A stretch of 64,000 bases of DNA, taken from positions 6,914 to 70,913 of the forward strand of contig DATJFP010000092.1 of assembly GCA_035495615.1 (NCBI GenBank), given 5' to 3'. The notes beneath the pieces were generated by a model that was given only the letters and a program-made list of their open reading frames with translations, was not told the DNA's origin and made no database searches. Made by a program: the position numbers and the translations under genes. This document shows, one piece after another, positions 1 to 9,080 of the stretch. Each line of letters begins with the position of its first letter. The first letter of the stretch is position 1. Source of the DNA: Verrucomicrobiia bacterium. GTDB lineage: Bacteria > Omnitrophota > Omnitrophia > Omnitrophales > Aquincolibacteriaceae.

Positions 1-458
1 GCCAGGGCCGCGAAGAAACTCGCAAACCCGTTGGCACGCTCCAGCGGATGGTCATGGATGTTGATCGAAAAATCCGTCAAAGGCCCGTAATGCAGGGTCT
101 TCGAGAAAGGCCAGAACAGCATCAGGCCCTTGGGCGCGCGGCCGAAGAGGTCCAGCACAAGATGCGAAACGTAAGCGCCGAAGCTCGCGGGAAAATAATC
201 CCGGAAGCGCTCGGAGCGGAACTTCGAAAAGAACCAGGCGCAGGCGGTGCCGCAGACGAGCGCCGCAAAAAAGCTGTGGGTCGCGCCGCGGTGGAACGCA
301 GCGGCTTTGCCGGCCAGGATGCCGGGAAGGAAATCGAAATCCGGCATGTTGGCCAGGAGAACGCAGGCGGCGGCGAACAGAAAATCCACGGCCTGCTGTT
401 TCTTCGAGGCCCGGTAAAATCCGTACCCGGCGGCGGAATGGAGGACCGGAAGCGACAT
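1..458 (-). CDS. membrane-bound metal-dependent hydrolase, DUF457/YdjM-like; partial, C-terminus beyond left window edge
   Basis: My own minus-strand translation from the ATG at 458 reads MSLPVLHSAAGYGFYRASKKQQAVDFLFAAACVLLANMPDFDFLPGILAGKAAAFHRGATHSFFAALVCG... It contains an HRGxTHS motif and hydrophobic helices typical of DUF457. The frame is open to position 1, so it is absent from the ORF track. It replaces the low-complexity plus-strand ORF 48-464. Confidence 0.5.
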   Translation of the reverse strand, partial: MSLPVLHSAAGYGFYRASKKQQAVDFLFAAACVLLANMPDFDFLPGILAGKAAAFHRGATHSFFAALVCGTACAWFFSKFRSERFRDYFPASFGAYVSHLVLDLFGRAPKGLMLFWPFSKTLHYGPLTDFSINIHDHPLERANGFASFFAAL

Positions 459-460
459 TG

Positions 461-1342
461 CTAGACTTTCCCCCATTCGGTCCGGACGCGGCGCTTGCGT
501 TCGGGATGGTCGTCGGCACGATCGCCGGCGCGGCGGCGCACTTCGTCGTCCATGAGGATCTCGTCACGCGTGGGCGTGCCGATCATGCGGAGCGCCCAGT
601 CCGCGACTTCACTTTCGGGAGTCGGGATCGTGACCGGGGTAAGGTCTTTCTCAAAACGCTGCCACTGGCCGCTCAAAAAACGTTCGTGGAAAAGAAAACC
701 GAGGAATAGGAGCGAGGCGCCGAGCATTTTCACGACGGCCGATCCCATGAGAACGAGGGGCCAAAGCTGATGCTCGCGCGCCGCGTAGGCATCGCCTATC
801 GTCAGAGCCTGGGCCACCGAAGCCGCGGCATAAAGCACCGCGCCCAAAGCCAGGCATCCGGCGCTCTTCGCGGATTCGCGCAGCGCGTCACGAAGGCGGT
901 AACCGAGGACCACGAACGGAAGGATCAGCGCGATGGCCGTCACCCAGGGAGCGGTCTCGAGTTCGAAGCGGCTGAAATACATCCAGCCCGTAAAATCTTT
1001 CATGGACGCGGCCTCCTGGCAGGAAAGCAGCGCGAAAAACGCGCAGAAAATCCGCCAGGTGGTTTTGTGAGACGCTTTCGCGGAAAAATTGGCGAGGCTG
1101 CCGCAGACCAGCGCGGCGAACGCCAAAACCACGGCACAAAACCAGCCGAAAACAGAGTTCTTCAGGATGATGCCCTGCAGCAGCCCTTGCGAGGACTGGC
1201 CTCCGGAAGCGGCATACGTCAGAAAATATCCGGACGCGATGAGTCCCGCGAGGGTGAAAAGAAGCGTGGCCACCCCTTGGATCTCGAAATAATCGGCGAA
1301 CGGCTTCGGCATTGAAATTTTTTCTTTTTTGACTTGCATCAC
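461..1342 (-). CDS. hypothetical polytopic inner-membrane protein (6-7 predicted TM helices, charged C-terminal tail)
   Basis: 293-aa ORF with multiple hydrophobic helices (TLLFTLAGLIASGYFL, WFCAVVLAFAALVCGSL, WVTAIALILPFVVLGY, LWPLVLMGSAVVKMLGASLLFLGFLF). Its stop abuts the start of the DUF457 gene. No family recognised. Confidence 0.45.
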   Translation of the reverse strand: MMQVKKEKISMPKPFADYFEIQGVATLLFTLAGLIASGYFLTYAASGGQSSQGLLQGIILKNSVFGWFCAVVLAFAALVCGSLANFSAKASHKTTWRIFCAFFALLSCQEAASMKDFTGWMYFSRFELETAPWVTAIALILPFVVLGYRLRDALRESAKSAGCLALGAVLYAAASVAQALTIGDAYAAREHQLWPLVLMGSAVVKMLGASLLFLGFLFHERFLSGQWQRFEKDLTPVTIPTPESEVADWALRMIGTPTRDEILMDDEVRRRAGDRADDHPERKRRVRTEWGKV

Positions 1343-1369
1343 TCCTCCTGTGGGCCCAGGCCTCGAGAC

Positions 1370-2683
1370 CTAGAGCCGGACCACTTTCTCGGAATTCGCG
1401 CCCTTGAAGAAATTGCGGGTATCGAGAATCACCGGAAATTTTTCGACGAGCTGCTTGCGGTCGAACAGATCGTGGTCGGTGACCAGGATGGCCAGGTCCG
1501 CTTTGACGGGCTGGGAATCCAGGTTGACGGATTTGTACGCCGTTCCCGCCGTGATCAGTTCGGGCACATACGGATCCGTGTAGCTGACTTTCGCGCCTTC
1601 GTGTTCCAGCATCTCAATGATGTGGAACGCCGGAGATTCGCGGAAGTCGGAAACGTTTTTCTTGTACGTCACGCCGAGCACATGGACGCTCGTGCCGCGC
1701 AAGGGCTTGCTTGAGCGGTTCAGGATCGTCTGGGCCTTGCGGACCACAAACTCCGGCATGTTGGAATTCACGGCATCGGCGAGGTCGATGAAGCGCGGGC
1801 TGAAACCGGTGCTGCGCGCCTTCCAGGCCAGGTAATGCGGGTCGATCGGAATGCAGTGTCCGCCGAGGCCGGGGCCCGGGAAGAACGGCATGAAACCGAA
1901 CGGCTTCGTGGCCGCGGCTTCGATGATCTCCCAGATATTGACGCCGAGCTTTTCGGACATCTGGCACATTTCGTTGACGAGACCGATATTGACGCTGCGG
2001 AACGTGTTTTCGAGCAGCTTCACCATTTCGGCGGACTGCGTCGAGCTGACGACGTGCACTTTTTCGATGGCCAGCGCGTAAAACTGCCGCGCGAGTTCGG
2101 TGCACTGGGGCGTGACGCCTCCGACGACCTTCGGGATGTTACGCGTATGATACGTCGCGTTTCCCGGATCGACGCGTTCGGGCGAAAAGGCCAGGAAGAA
2201 ATCCTTCCCGACTTTCAGGCCGGTGTCTTCGAGCATGGGAAGAATGACTTCTTCGGTCGTGCCCGGATACGTGGTGCTTTCCAGGATGACAAGCATGCCG
2301 GGATGGACGTATTTGGCGATCTGTTCGGCCGCCGCGACGATATAGGACATGTCCGGATCCTTGGACTTGCGAAGCGGAGTCGGCACGCAGATGTTGACCG
2401 TGTCCAGCTCGGAAATCACGCTGAAATCCGTTGTCGCGCTGAGCTTCTTGGCCGACGTCAGGTCTTTCAAGGTGTTCTGCGGCACGTCCTGGATGTAGGA
2501 CTTGCCTTCGTTGACCGACGCCACTTTGCGGGTGTCGACATCGATGCCCGTGACGCGAATGCCGGCGTGGGCAAATTCCACCGCGAGCGGAAGGCCGACA
2601 TAGCCGAGGCCGATGATGCCCGCGCGAATGGTTTTCGTCTGGATTTTCTGCTCTAACGTCTGGTTCAAGGCTGTTTTCTCCAT
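1370..2683 (-). CDS. UDP-N-acetyl-D-glucosamine/mannosamine 6-dehydrogenase (TviB/WecC/WbpA nucleotide-sugar dehydrogenase family)
   Basis: 437 aa. Has an N-terminal Rossmann motif IGLGYVGLPLA, the catalytic-Cys motif GGHCIPID, and the length and architecture of UDP-glucose/GDP-mannose dehydrogenase family members. Confidence 0.9.
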   Translation of the reverse strand: MEKTALNQTLEQKIQTKTIRAGIIGLGYVGLPLAVEFAHAGIRVTGIDVDTRKVASVNEGKSYIQDVPQNTLKDLTSAKKLSATTDFSVISELDTVNICVPTPLRKSKDPDMSYIVAAAEQIAKYVHPGMLVILESTTYPGTTEEVILPMLEDTGLKVGKDFFLAFSPERVDPGNATYHTRNIPKVVGGVTPQCTELARQFYALAIEKVHVVSSTQSAEMVKLLENTFRSVNIGLVNEMCQMSEKLGVNIWEIIEAAATKPFGFMPFFPGPGLGGHCIPIDPHYLAWKARSTGFSPRFIDLADAVNSNMPEFVVRKAQTILNRSSKPLRGTSVHVLGVTYKKNVSDFRESPAFHIIEMLEHEGAKVSYTDPYVPELITAGTAYKSVNLDSQPVKADLAILVTDHDLFDRKQLVEKFPVILDTRNFFKGANSEKVVRL

Positions 2684-2855
2684 GGGTATCTTCCTTCGCT
2701 TGAAATAAATTTTGATAATCCGATTGCGCTTGTCAGCACTATACCCCTTTGCCCGACAAATGTTAGCGGGGATTTGCCCACAAAATGGTCAGGCAAAAAT
2801 TGACACGCGAAAGGATTCATCGTACGACCGTCAACGGTTTCCCCTACCTGCGCCA

Positions 2856-4694
2856 TTATTCGACCGTTACACTTTTGGCCAAGTTACGCGGCTGATCGAC
2901 ATCGGTTCCGCGCAGCACGGCCACATAATAAGCCAGGTACTGGAGCGGCAGCGCCACCAGCAAAGGCGACAAGATTTCGCTGCACGCGGGAATCTCGATG
3001 ACGTCGTCTGAAATCTGAGCAAGCTTGGTATCGCCGGGATTCGCGATGGCGATGACGCGGCCCTTCCGGGCCTTGACTTCCTGGATGTTGGAAAACATTT
3101 TTTCGTACACCGGCGAATGCGGCGCGATGCACACGACCGGCATGTCCTGGTCGATGAGGGCGATGGGCCCATGCTTCATTTCGCCCGCCGGATGGCCGGT
3201 AGCATGGATGTAAGCGATTTCCTTGATCTTCAACGCGCCTTCGTGCGCGTTCGGATAATTGATGCCCCGGCCCAGGAACAGAAAATCACGGGCGCGGAAA
3301 TATTTCTCGGCAATCTTACGGATTTTTTCCTTGCCTGCGATGATCGCGCTCATCTTGGCCGGGATGCCCTGGAAGTCATGGACCAGCTCTTCATACACGT
3401 GGCTGGAAAGCGTTTCGCGGATCTGGCCCCAATAAAGGCTGAGCGCGACGAGCACGCCGAGCTGCGCCGTGTAAGCCTTGGTCGACGCCACGCCGATTTC
3501 CGGCCCGGCCTGCGTGTAAATCACGCCGTCGGATTCGCGGGCGATGGTGCTGCCGAGCACGTTGCAGATCGAAATCGTCTTGTAGCCCATATCCCTGCCC
3601 TTGCGCAAGCCCATGAGCGTGTCCACGGTTTCTCCGGACTGCGTGATGGAAAGGACGAGCGTGTTCTTCAAAGGAACGAGCGTGCGGTAGCGCAGCTCCG
3701 ACGAAACATCCACTTCGGTCGGGATGCCGGCCAGTTTTTCAAAAAGGAATTTGGCGGTGAGCGCCGCGTGCCAGGACGTGCCGCAGGCCTGGATGATGAC
3801 GCGTTCGGTCTTGCGCAGGGTTTCTTCGTCGAAGCGGAGCACGTCGAAAACGCGTTTCTCGGCGATTTTGCCGACGCGCTTGCGGACGAGCGCATCGAGG
3901 ACCTTGGGCTGTTCCTCGATTTCCTTCAGCATGAAATGTTCGAAGCCTTCCTTGCTGACGTCTTTCGCATCCCATTCGATCTTCGTCACCAGGTTGGGGA
4001 CGTCCTCGCCGTTCACGTTCGTCACCCGGACGTTGTCGCGCGAAATAACGGCCATCTGGTAATCCTCGAGGAAAATGACGTTGCGCGTGTAATCCAGGAG
4101 CGCGGGAGCATCCGAGGCCACGAGATTACGGCCTTCGCCCACGCCCACGACGAGCGGGCTTCCGTTGCGGGCCGCGATGAACTTGTCCGGTTCGCGCGTG
4201 CTCATGACGCAGAAGGCGTAGCAGCCTTCGATCTGCTTCAGCGCGCGCCGCACCGATTCCTCGAGCGGCATTTTTTCCTTGAGATGGTAGTTTTCCACGA
4301 GGTGGCAAAGCACTTCCGTGTCCGTGTCGGACTGGAAGACGTGGCCTTGGGCGATGAGAAGGTCTTTGAGCGCGGCATGGTTTTCGACGATGCCGTTGTG
4401 GACGACCGCGATGGAACCCGTGCAATCCGAATGCGGATGCGCGTTGGCCTGCGAAGGCTCGCCGTGCGTGGCCCAGCGCGTGTGGCCGATGCCCATGCGT
4501 CCCTCAACGGGATTGGCCAGGACCACTTCGCTCAGGTTGCGGAGCTTGCCCGCCTGCTTGTGGATGGAGATTTTATCTTCTTCGAGCGTCGCGATGCCCG
4601 CCGAGTCGTAGCCCCGGTATTCAAGGCGCGACAGCCCTTTCAATAAAACGTTGCCGACTTTTCCGTCACCAATATAACCAACGATGCCGCACAT
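2856..4694 (-). CDS. glmS: glutamine--fructose-6-phosphate aminotransferase
   Basis: 612 aa. Starts with the MCGIVGY N-terminal nucleophile Cys of a class-II glutamine amidotransferase, followed by two SIS domains. Confidence 0.95.
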   Translation of the reverse strand: MCGIVGYIGDGKVGNVLLKGLSRLEYRGYDSAGIATLEEDKISIHKQAGKLRNLSEVVLANPVEGRMGIGHTRWATHGEPSQANAHPHSDCTGSIAVVHNGIVENHAALKDLLIAQGHVFQSDTDTEVLCHLVENYHLKEKMPLEESVRRALKQIEGCYAFCVMSTREPDKFIAARNGSPLVVGVGEGRNLVASDAPALLDYTRNVIFLEDYQMAVISRDNVRVTNVNGEDVPNLVTKIEWDAKDVSKEGFEHFMLKEIEEQPKVLDALVRKRVGKIAEKRVFDVLRFDEETLRKTERVIIQACGTSWHAALTAKFLFEKLAGIPTEVDVSSELRYRTLVPLKNTLVLSITQSGETVDTLMGLRKGRDMGYKTISICNVLGSTIARESDGVIYTQAGPEIGVASTKAYTAQLGVLVALSLYWGQIRETLSSHVYEELVHDFQGIPAKMSAIIAGKEKIRKIAEKYFRARDFLFLGRGINYPNAHEGALKIKEIAYIHATGHPAGEMKHGPIALIDQDMPVVCIAPHSPVYEKMFSNIQEVKARKGRVIAIANPGDTKLAQISDDVIEIPACSEILSPLLVALPLQYLAYYVAVLRGTDVDQPRNLAKSVTVE

Positions 4695-4737
4695 GGATGA
4701 AAGCCCCTCTTGAGATCGTATTTTCGGCCGCAGTCCG

Positions 4738-5733
4738 TTAAACTAAAACGGTACGCCGCCGGGACTTGCCGGAACTTTTCTTCTTCGACTTCTTCTGGTC
4801 CAGGAGGCCGGAGTCGAGGAACCAAGCGACCGTCTTTTCGAGGCCTTCCTTGAAACGCGTCTGGACCTTAAAATTCAGGATCTTTTTCGCCTTCGAGATA
4901 TCCGCGAAGGTGCGCCTGACGTCGCCGGCGCGCTTGGGCTTCATCACGGGCTTGATGTGTTCCTTGCCAAGAATACGCTGCAGTTCCGTGTACATGTCGA
5001 GGATCGAATATTCTTCGTGGCAGGCGATGTTGATGACTTCCCCGCTGGCCTTGGGCGTCTTCATGGCCAGGATGTTGCCCACAACGACGTTGTCGACGTA
5101 CGAAAAGTCGCGCGACTGCTTGCCGTCCCAGTGCATTTCCGGGGCCTTATCATTGAGAAGCGCCTGGATGAAAATCGGAATGACCGCCGAATACTTGGAT
5201 TCGGGATTCTGGCGCGGGCCGAACACGTTGAAATAGCGCAGTGCGACGGTTTCGAGGCCGTAAAGCTTGGTGAAAATCTTGCAGTAGTATTCGCCCATGA
5301 TCTTGGAAGCGGCATACGGCGAGCAGGGTCCGGGAAGGTCGGTTTCCTTTAATACGGGCTGCTTGGTTTCGCCGTAAACGGACGAAGAAGACGAGAAGAC
5401 AAGGCGCTTTACGCCGGCATCGCGGGCCGCAACAAGAAGGTTCAGCGTGCCGCCGACGTTGATGTGATCGGTTTCGATCGGATTATCCACGGAACGCAGC
5501 ACGGCGCGCGCCGCGGCGAAGTGGAAAACACCATCAATGCCTTTCACGGCCTTTTTCACCGCCGCCATGTTGCGGAGGTCGCCCTTCACAAGCTCGGCTT
5601 CCGGATTGATGTTATGCTTATAGCCGGTGGACAGATTGTCGAGGATGCGTACGCTGTTCCCCTGTTTCACAAGTTCGTCCACGAGATTGGATCCAATAAA
5701 GCCGGCGCCGCCGGTCACAAGATATTTAGACAT
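4738..5733 (-). CDS. NAD-dependent nucleotide-sugar 4-epimerase (UDP-GlcNAc/UDP-glucose 4-epimerase family, TviC/WbpP-like) with Lys-rich C-terminal tail
   Basis: Has a TGGAGFIGS Rossmann motif, the SPYAASK (YxxxK) catalytic motif and the overall SDR-extended fold. The C-terminal tail KKSKKKSSGKSRRR is unusual. Confidence 0.85.
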   Translation of the reverse strand: MSKYLVTGGAGFIGSNLVDELVKQGNSVRILDNLSTGYKHNINPEAELVKGDLRNMAAVKKAVKGIDGVFHFAAARAVLRSVDNPIETDHINVGGTLNLLVAARDAGVKRLVFSSSSSVYGETKQPVLKETDLPGPCSPYAASKIMGEYYCKIFTKLYGLETVALRYFNVFGPRQNPESKYSAVIPIFIQALLNDKAPEMHWDGKQSRDFSYVDNVVVGNILAMKTPKASGEVINIACHEEYSILDMYTELQRILGKEHIKPVMKPKRAGDVRRTFADISKAKKILNFKVQTRFKEGLEKTVAWFLDSGLLDQKKSKKKSSGKSRRRTVLV

Positions 5734-5826
5734 CTAAAAATCCCTTCCTTATGCTTTTATTTTAAGTGGATAAAAAGAAGCAAGGAACCTTTCGGCACTT
5801 TTCCTCCAGGTTTCCTTGCTCGGATT

Positions 5827-6867
5827 TTACCCCTTTATTTCCGCTGTTTCTGTAAGGTCTTCCCCTGTTCCGACGGGCAAAATCGCTTTTTTCCCGCTTT
5901 TCAGGACATGCTTCTGCCACCAGGCATTGAATTTGTTCTCGGTGTTTTCAAAATTGATCCCAGCCACTTTCATGTGATGGCGGGCTTTTTTCTTGAAGCT
6001 GGTGTTGTCCAGCTCATGCCCGTAACCGAGATAATAGTTATTATAGTAGCGGTAGTCCGCCGACTGATACTGGACGTTGGTCAGCACGTAACCGAGCATC
6101 CGGGCACCCGCCTGCTTGAACAGCAGGTTGGACTGCGCGATCATGCTCTTGGGCGTGCGTCCGATCTGAATGATGAAGAGGACGCCGTCCACGTCGCGGG
6201 CCATGATGCCCGGATCCGCAACCGACATGATCGGAGGCGAATCGATGATGATGTAGTCGAAATACAGCCGGAGCTCCGCGATGAGAAGACGGAACTTCTG
6301 CGAGTTCACGAGCGTCGAGGGGTTCTTATGCAGATGGCCCCGCGGCATGATGCAGAGGTTCGGGATCGAATTCTTCACGAATACTTCTTTGGGATTCAAC
6401 TCCTCCGTCAGAAGGTCCGAGAGTCCTTTTCTCGTCCCGCCGAAACCCATGTATTCATGGATCTTGCCTTTTCTGAGGTCCGCGTCGATAAGCGCAACGC
6501 GAACGTCCTGGTCTTCCGCCAAAGAAAGGGCCAGGTTAGTCGACGTGATGCTCTTGCCTTCGCCCTGCAGCGAGCTGGACACAAGGATGACCTGGGCGCC
6601 GCTCTTCTGGAGCTGGCTCTTCAGGCTGGTGCGCATCATGCGGTACTGTTCCGTCACGAGCGAGTTGGGGAAATTGTACGTGACGATACGGATGTCGGGC
6701 TTGCAGTTCTTCTCGTGTTTAATGCCCGCATCCCAGGCAACCTTCTTTTCTTCGGTTCCTTCCGCGGCCACGCGGAACGACGCCGGCTTGGAAGCCTTCG
6801 GAGCCTTCGGGGCCGGGCTGTCGCTGTCATGCTGGATCTTGTTCAGGGCATCGCTAAACTTGCTCAT
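5827..6867 (-). CDS. BY-kinase (CpsD/CapB-type cytoplasmic tyrosine autokinase) with ~110-aa N-terminal extension
   Basis: Walker A SLQGEGKS, Walker A' ALIDADLRKG, Walker B YIIIDSPP and a C-terminal Tyr cluster (YQSADYRYYNNYYLGYGH). The start was moved to the internal ATG at 6867 (MSKFSDAL), which is preceded by AAGGAG. The full ORF extends to 6912. Confidence 0.85.
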   Translation of the reverse strand: MSKFSDALNKIQHDSDSPAPKAPKASKPASFRVAAEGTEEKKVAWDAGIKHEKNCKPDIRIVTYNFPNSLVTEQYRMMRTSLKSQLQKSGAQVILVSSSLQGEGKSITSTNLALSLAEDQDVRVALIDADLRKGKIHEYMGFGGTRKGLSDLLTEELNPKEVFVKNSIPNLCIMPRGHLHKNPSTLVNSQKFRLLIAELRLYFDYIIIDSPPIMSVADPGIMARDVDGVLFIIQIGRTPKSMIAQSNLLFKQAGARMLGYVLTNVQYQSADYRYYNNYYLGYGHELDNTSFKKKARHHMKVAGINFENTENKFNAWWQKHVLKSGKKAILPVGTGEDLTETAEIKG

Positions 6868-7699
6868 AAATTTTTTCTCCTTGGAAGCGCAGATCGGTGA
6901 TCGATTCCTCAATGATCTCTCCGGTAATCACCTTCGAGTCTTTGACAAATCCCGTCAGAAGAGAATGGTCGCAAAGCACGTTGACCATGCGCGGAATTCC
7001 CTTCGTGTATTCGAAAATCGCCCGATAAGCGTCCTCCTCGTAATAAGATTCCGCAGTGCGGCCGTTGGCGGTAACGGCGGCAAGGCGGTGCACAATGTAA
7101 TTCTTGGTTTCGTCGTAGCTGAGCGGCGTGATGTGGTAATGCACGGCCACGCGCTGGCGAAGCTGCTCGAGGGAGGCCATTTCGAGCTTTTTACGGAGCT
7201 CCGGCTGGCCGAGCAGCACAATTTGAATCAGTTTTTCCTTTTCCGTTTCCAGGTTCGAGAGCATGCGCACTTCTTCGAGGCACGCGGGGCTCAGGTTCTG
7301 GGCCTCGTCAATAATGAGAACGACGTTGTACCCTTCCATGATCTGCTGGATGAGGTACTGGTTGAGCTGGATGAGCAGCTTGTCCTTGGAACCGTCTTTA
7401 TAAGGAACGCCCAGGTCTTCCAGAATCATGGTGAGGACACCCTTCGGGCTAAGCGCCGTGTTCGTCACGACCGCGCTCTTGAACTTGCTGTCCAGGCGCT
7501 TGAGAAGCGTGCGGGCGACCGTCGTCTTCCCCGAACCGATGGGGCCGGTGATCACGACAAAGCCCTTGCGCTGCTTGATCGCGTAAATCAGCGCGTCCAG
7601 CGCGGCGCGGTGCTGCTCCGACGGGTAGAAAAACGACGAGTCGGGCGTAATGGAAAACGGGTTCTCTTTGAGCCCGAAAAAGTGCTTATACAGCGGCAT
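6854..7699 (-). CDS. ExeA/GspA-like AAA ATPase (type found in exosortase/PEP-CTERM-style EPS loci)
   Basis: P-loop VVITGPIGSGKTT and Walker B LIIDEAQNL. The N-terminus LKENPFSITPD is typical of ExeA-family secretion ATPases. Confidence 0.75.
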   Translation of the reverse strand: MPLYKHFFGLKENPFSITPDSSFFYPSEQHRAALDALIYAIKQRKGFVVITGPIGSGKTTVARTLLKRLDSKFKSAVVTNTALSPKGVLTMILEDLGVPYKDGSKDKLLIQLNQYLIQQIMEGYNVVLIIDEAQNLSPACLEEVRMLSNLETEKEKLIQIVLLGQPELRKKLEMASLEQLRQRVAVHYHITPLSYDETKNYIVHRLAAVTANGRTAESYYEEDAYRAIFEYTKGIPRMVNVLCDHSLLTGFVKDSKVITGEIIEESITDLRFQGEKIYEQV

Positions 7700-8900
7700 C
7701 GGCTTTGAGCCTTTCTCCCAGCAGGAGCTCTTCGGGATTAATTGTCGCGATCGTGCCGAAAATCGGGAGCTCGAGAAGCTCCCGCGCTTCGTCCACGGTG
7801 CGGATCGAGTTGTTGCTCATCTCGATCAGGAAAATAAGAGCGATGCCGGCGCCCAGGCCGATGAAAATGCCCGCGATGGAAATGATGACGCGGTTGGGCT
7901 TGAACGGCTTCAGCGGAAGGCGCGCGGGCTCAAGCATGCTGAACTTAAGGCCCTTTTCGGACTCTTCGAGCGTCTGCGAAAGCTTGGCGGTCTCCAGCTT
8001 CTGGAGGAATTGCTGGTAAATGTTGTTGTTGACGTTGTAGTCGCGGCGCAGGCGGGCCAGCTCCTGTTCCTGGAGCGGAACGCTGGAAACCAGGCGCGCG
8101 TAATTTTCGTCACCGACGTCAAAGCCGGCATCTTTTGCCGCGCGGAACTGCTTGTCGCGCTGCTCCTCGAGCTGGCGGATGAGTTCCTGCGTCTGGATGA
8201 CGCGCGGATGCTTCGGCGTGTTGTCGACCATGAGGTTGTTGAGGTCCATCTTGAGCTGCACGAGCTGCTCGTTGAGCCGGGTGGCGACAGGAAGTGTCGC
8301 GCTGTAGAGCTCGCTGAACTGGCGCAGCTTGGTCTCGGAAGACTCGAGCTTCGTGCGGTACTGGTCGAGCTGGTCGGTAATAAACTGAATGGCGCTGTTG
8401 GCCTGGAGGTTCGTGGAGGTCAACGTGCCTTCGACGATGATCGTGGCCAGCGCTTCGACGATGTTCTGCGCCTGCTTGGCGTCGGTCGCATCGGCCGCCA
8501 CAACGATGATGCCGTCGCCGCGCATCTTGATGTCAATATTGTTGCGGAGGTTGCGGATCAGGGTTTCATATTCAAGCGGCGACTTGACCTTCTTGTCGAG
8601 CTGCAGCTTTTCCGCCAGGAGCGTCAGGCGCGGCCAAGACAGCAGCTGTTCGCGCAGGGCGCGGAGACGCGCATGCTCGGAAGGCGTGATGGCCAGACCC
8701 GAAATCAGCGGGTTCAGGATCTGCTCGTTCTGGATCATCAGGACCGTTTCGGACCGGTAAACCTTCGGCAGCGAAAAGGAGAAGGAGACCGAACCGACCA
8801 CGCAAGCCAGCACCGTGATGGCCAGCAGCAGCTTGTGCCGCAGCACCATATAATAGTATTCTCTCAATCGGAACGACTGTCCCATACTCGTAATGTTCAT
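7686..8900 (-). CDS. polysaccharide co-polymerase / chain-length determinant (Wzz-like, PCP family) lacking kinase domain
   Basis: N-terminal TM helix (LLLAITVLACVVGSV), a long coiled-coil periplasmic region and a C-terminal TM helix (VIISIAGIFIGLGAGIALIFLI). AAGGAGAA lies upstream of the ATG at 8900. Confidence 0.75.
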   Translation of the reverse strand: MNITSMGQSFRLREYYYMVLRHKLLLAITVLACVVGSVSFSFSLPKVYRSETVLMIQNEQILNPLISGLAITPSEHARLRALREQLLSWPRLTLLAEKLQLDKKVKSPLEYETLIRNLRNNIDIKMRGDGIIVVAADATDAKQAQNIVEALATIIVEGTLTSTNLQANSAIQFITDQLDQYRTKLESSETKLRQFSELYSATLPVATRLNEQLVQLKMDLNNLMVDNTPKHPRVIQTQELIRQLEEQRDKQFRAAKDAGFDVGDENYARLVSSVPLQEQELARLRRDYNVNNNIYQQFLQKLETAKLSQTLEESEKGLKFSMLEPARLPLKPFKPNRVIISIAGIFIGLGAGIALIFLIEMSNNSIRTVDEARELLELPIFGTIATINPEELLLGERLKADAAV

Positions 8901-8942
8901 TGTTTCCCATTCTCCTTTAGGATGACGTACCGCCGGTCCGGG

Positions 8943-9080
8943 CGGTTAACCTTCGATCATGTCCCAAACATTAAAAACCATACGAAATACCAGCCGGCCT
9001 CCCGCTACGATCAACGGCCAGAACAAAAAGGTGCGGTAAAGCGCCGGGCCGGGATAAAAATGTTTGCGCCAGGGTTTCAT
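8943..9080 (-). CDS. possible 45-aa hydrophobic micro-protein translationally coupled to wza-like gene
   Basis: My own translation reads MKPWRKHFYPGPALYRTFLFWPLIVAGGRLVFRMVFNVWDMIEG. Its ATG overlaps the upstream TAA stop (TAATG at 9078-9082). It has one predicted TM helix and was not in the ORF track because it is under 60 aa. Confidence 0.3.

Noticed and set aside
48-567. ORFs 48-464 (+) and 52-567 (-) at the left edge
   Set aside because: Low-complexity translations. Another minus-strand frame gives a clean DUF457-like membrane hydrolase starting at 458 and running off the window, which better explains the region.
4695-4737. Possible glmS ribozyme upstream of glmS
   Set aside because: Only 43 nt separate glmS from the upstream gene, which is too short for a ribozyme.
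3117-7708. Plus-strand ORFs 3117-4646, 5464-6900 and 6281-7708
   Set aside because: They are antisense to well-supported glmS, BY-kinase and ATPase genes, with junk-like composition.
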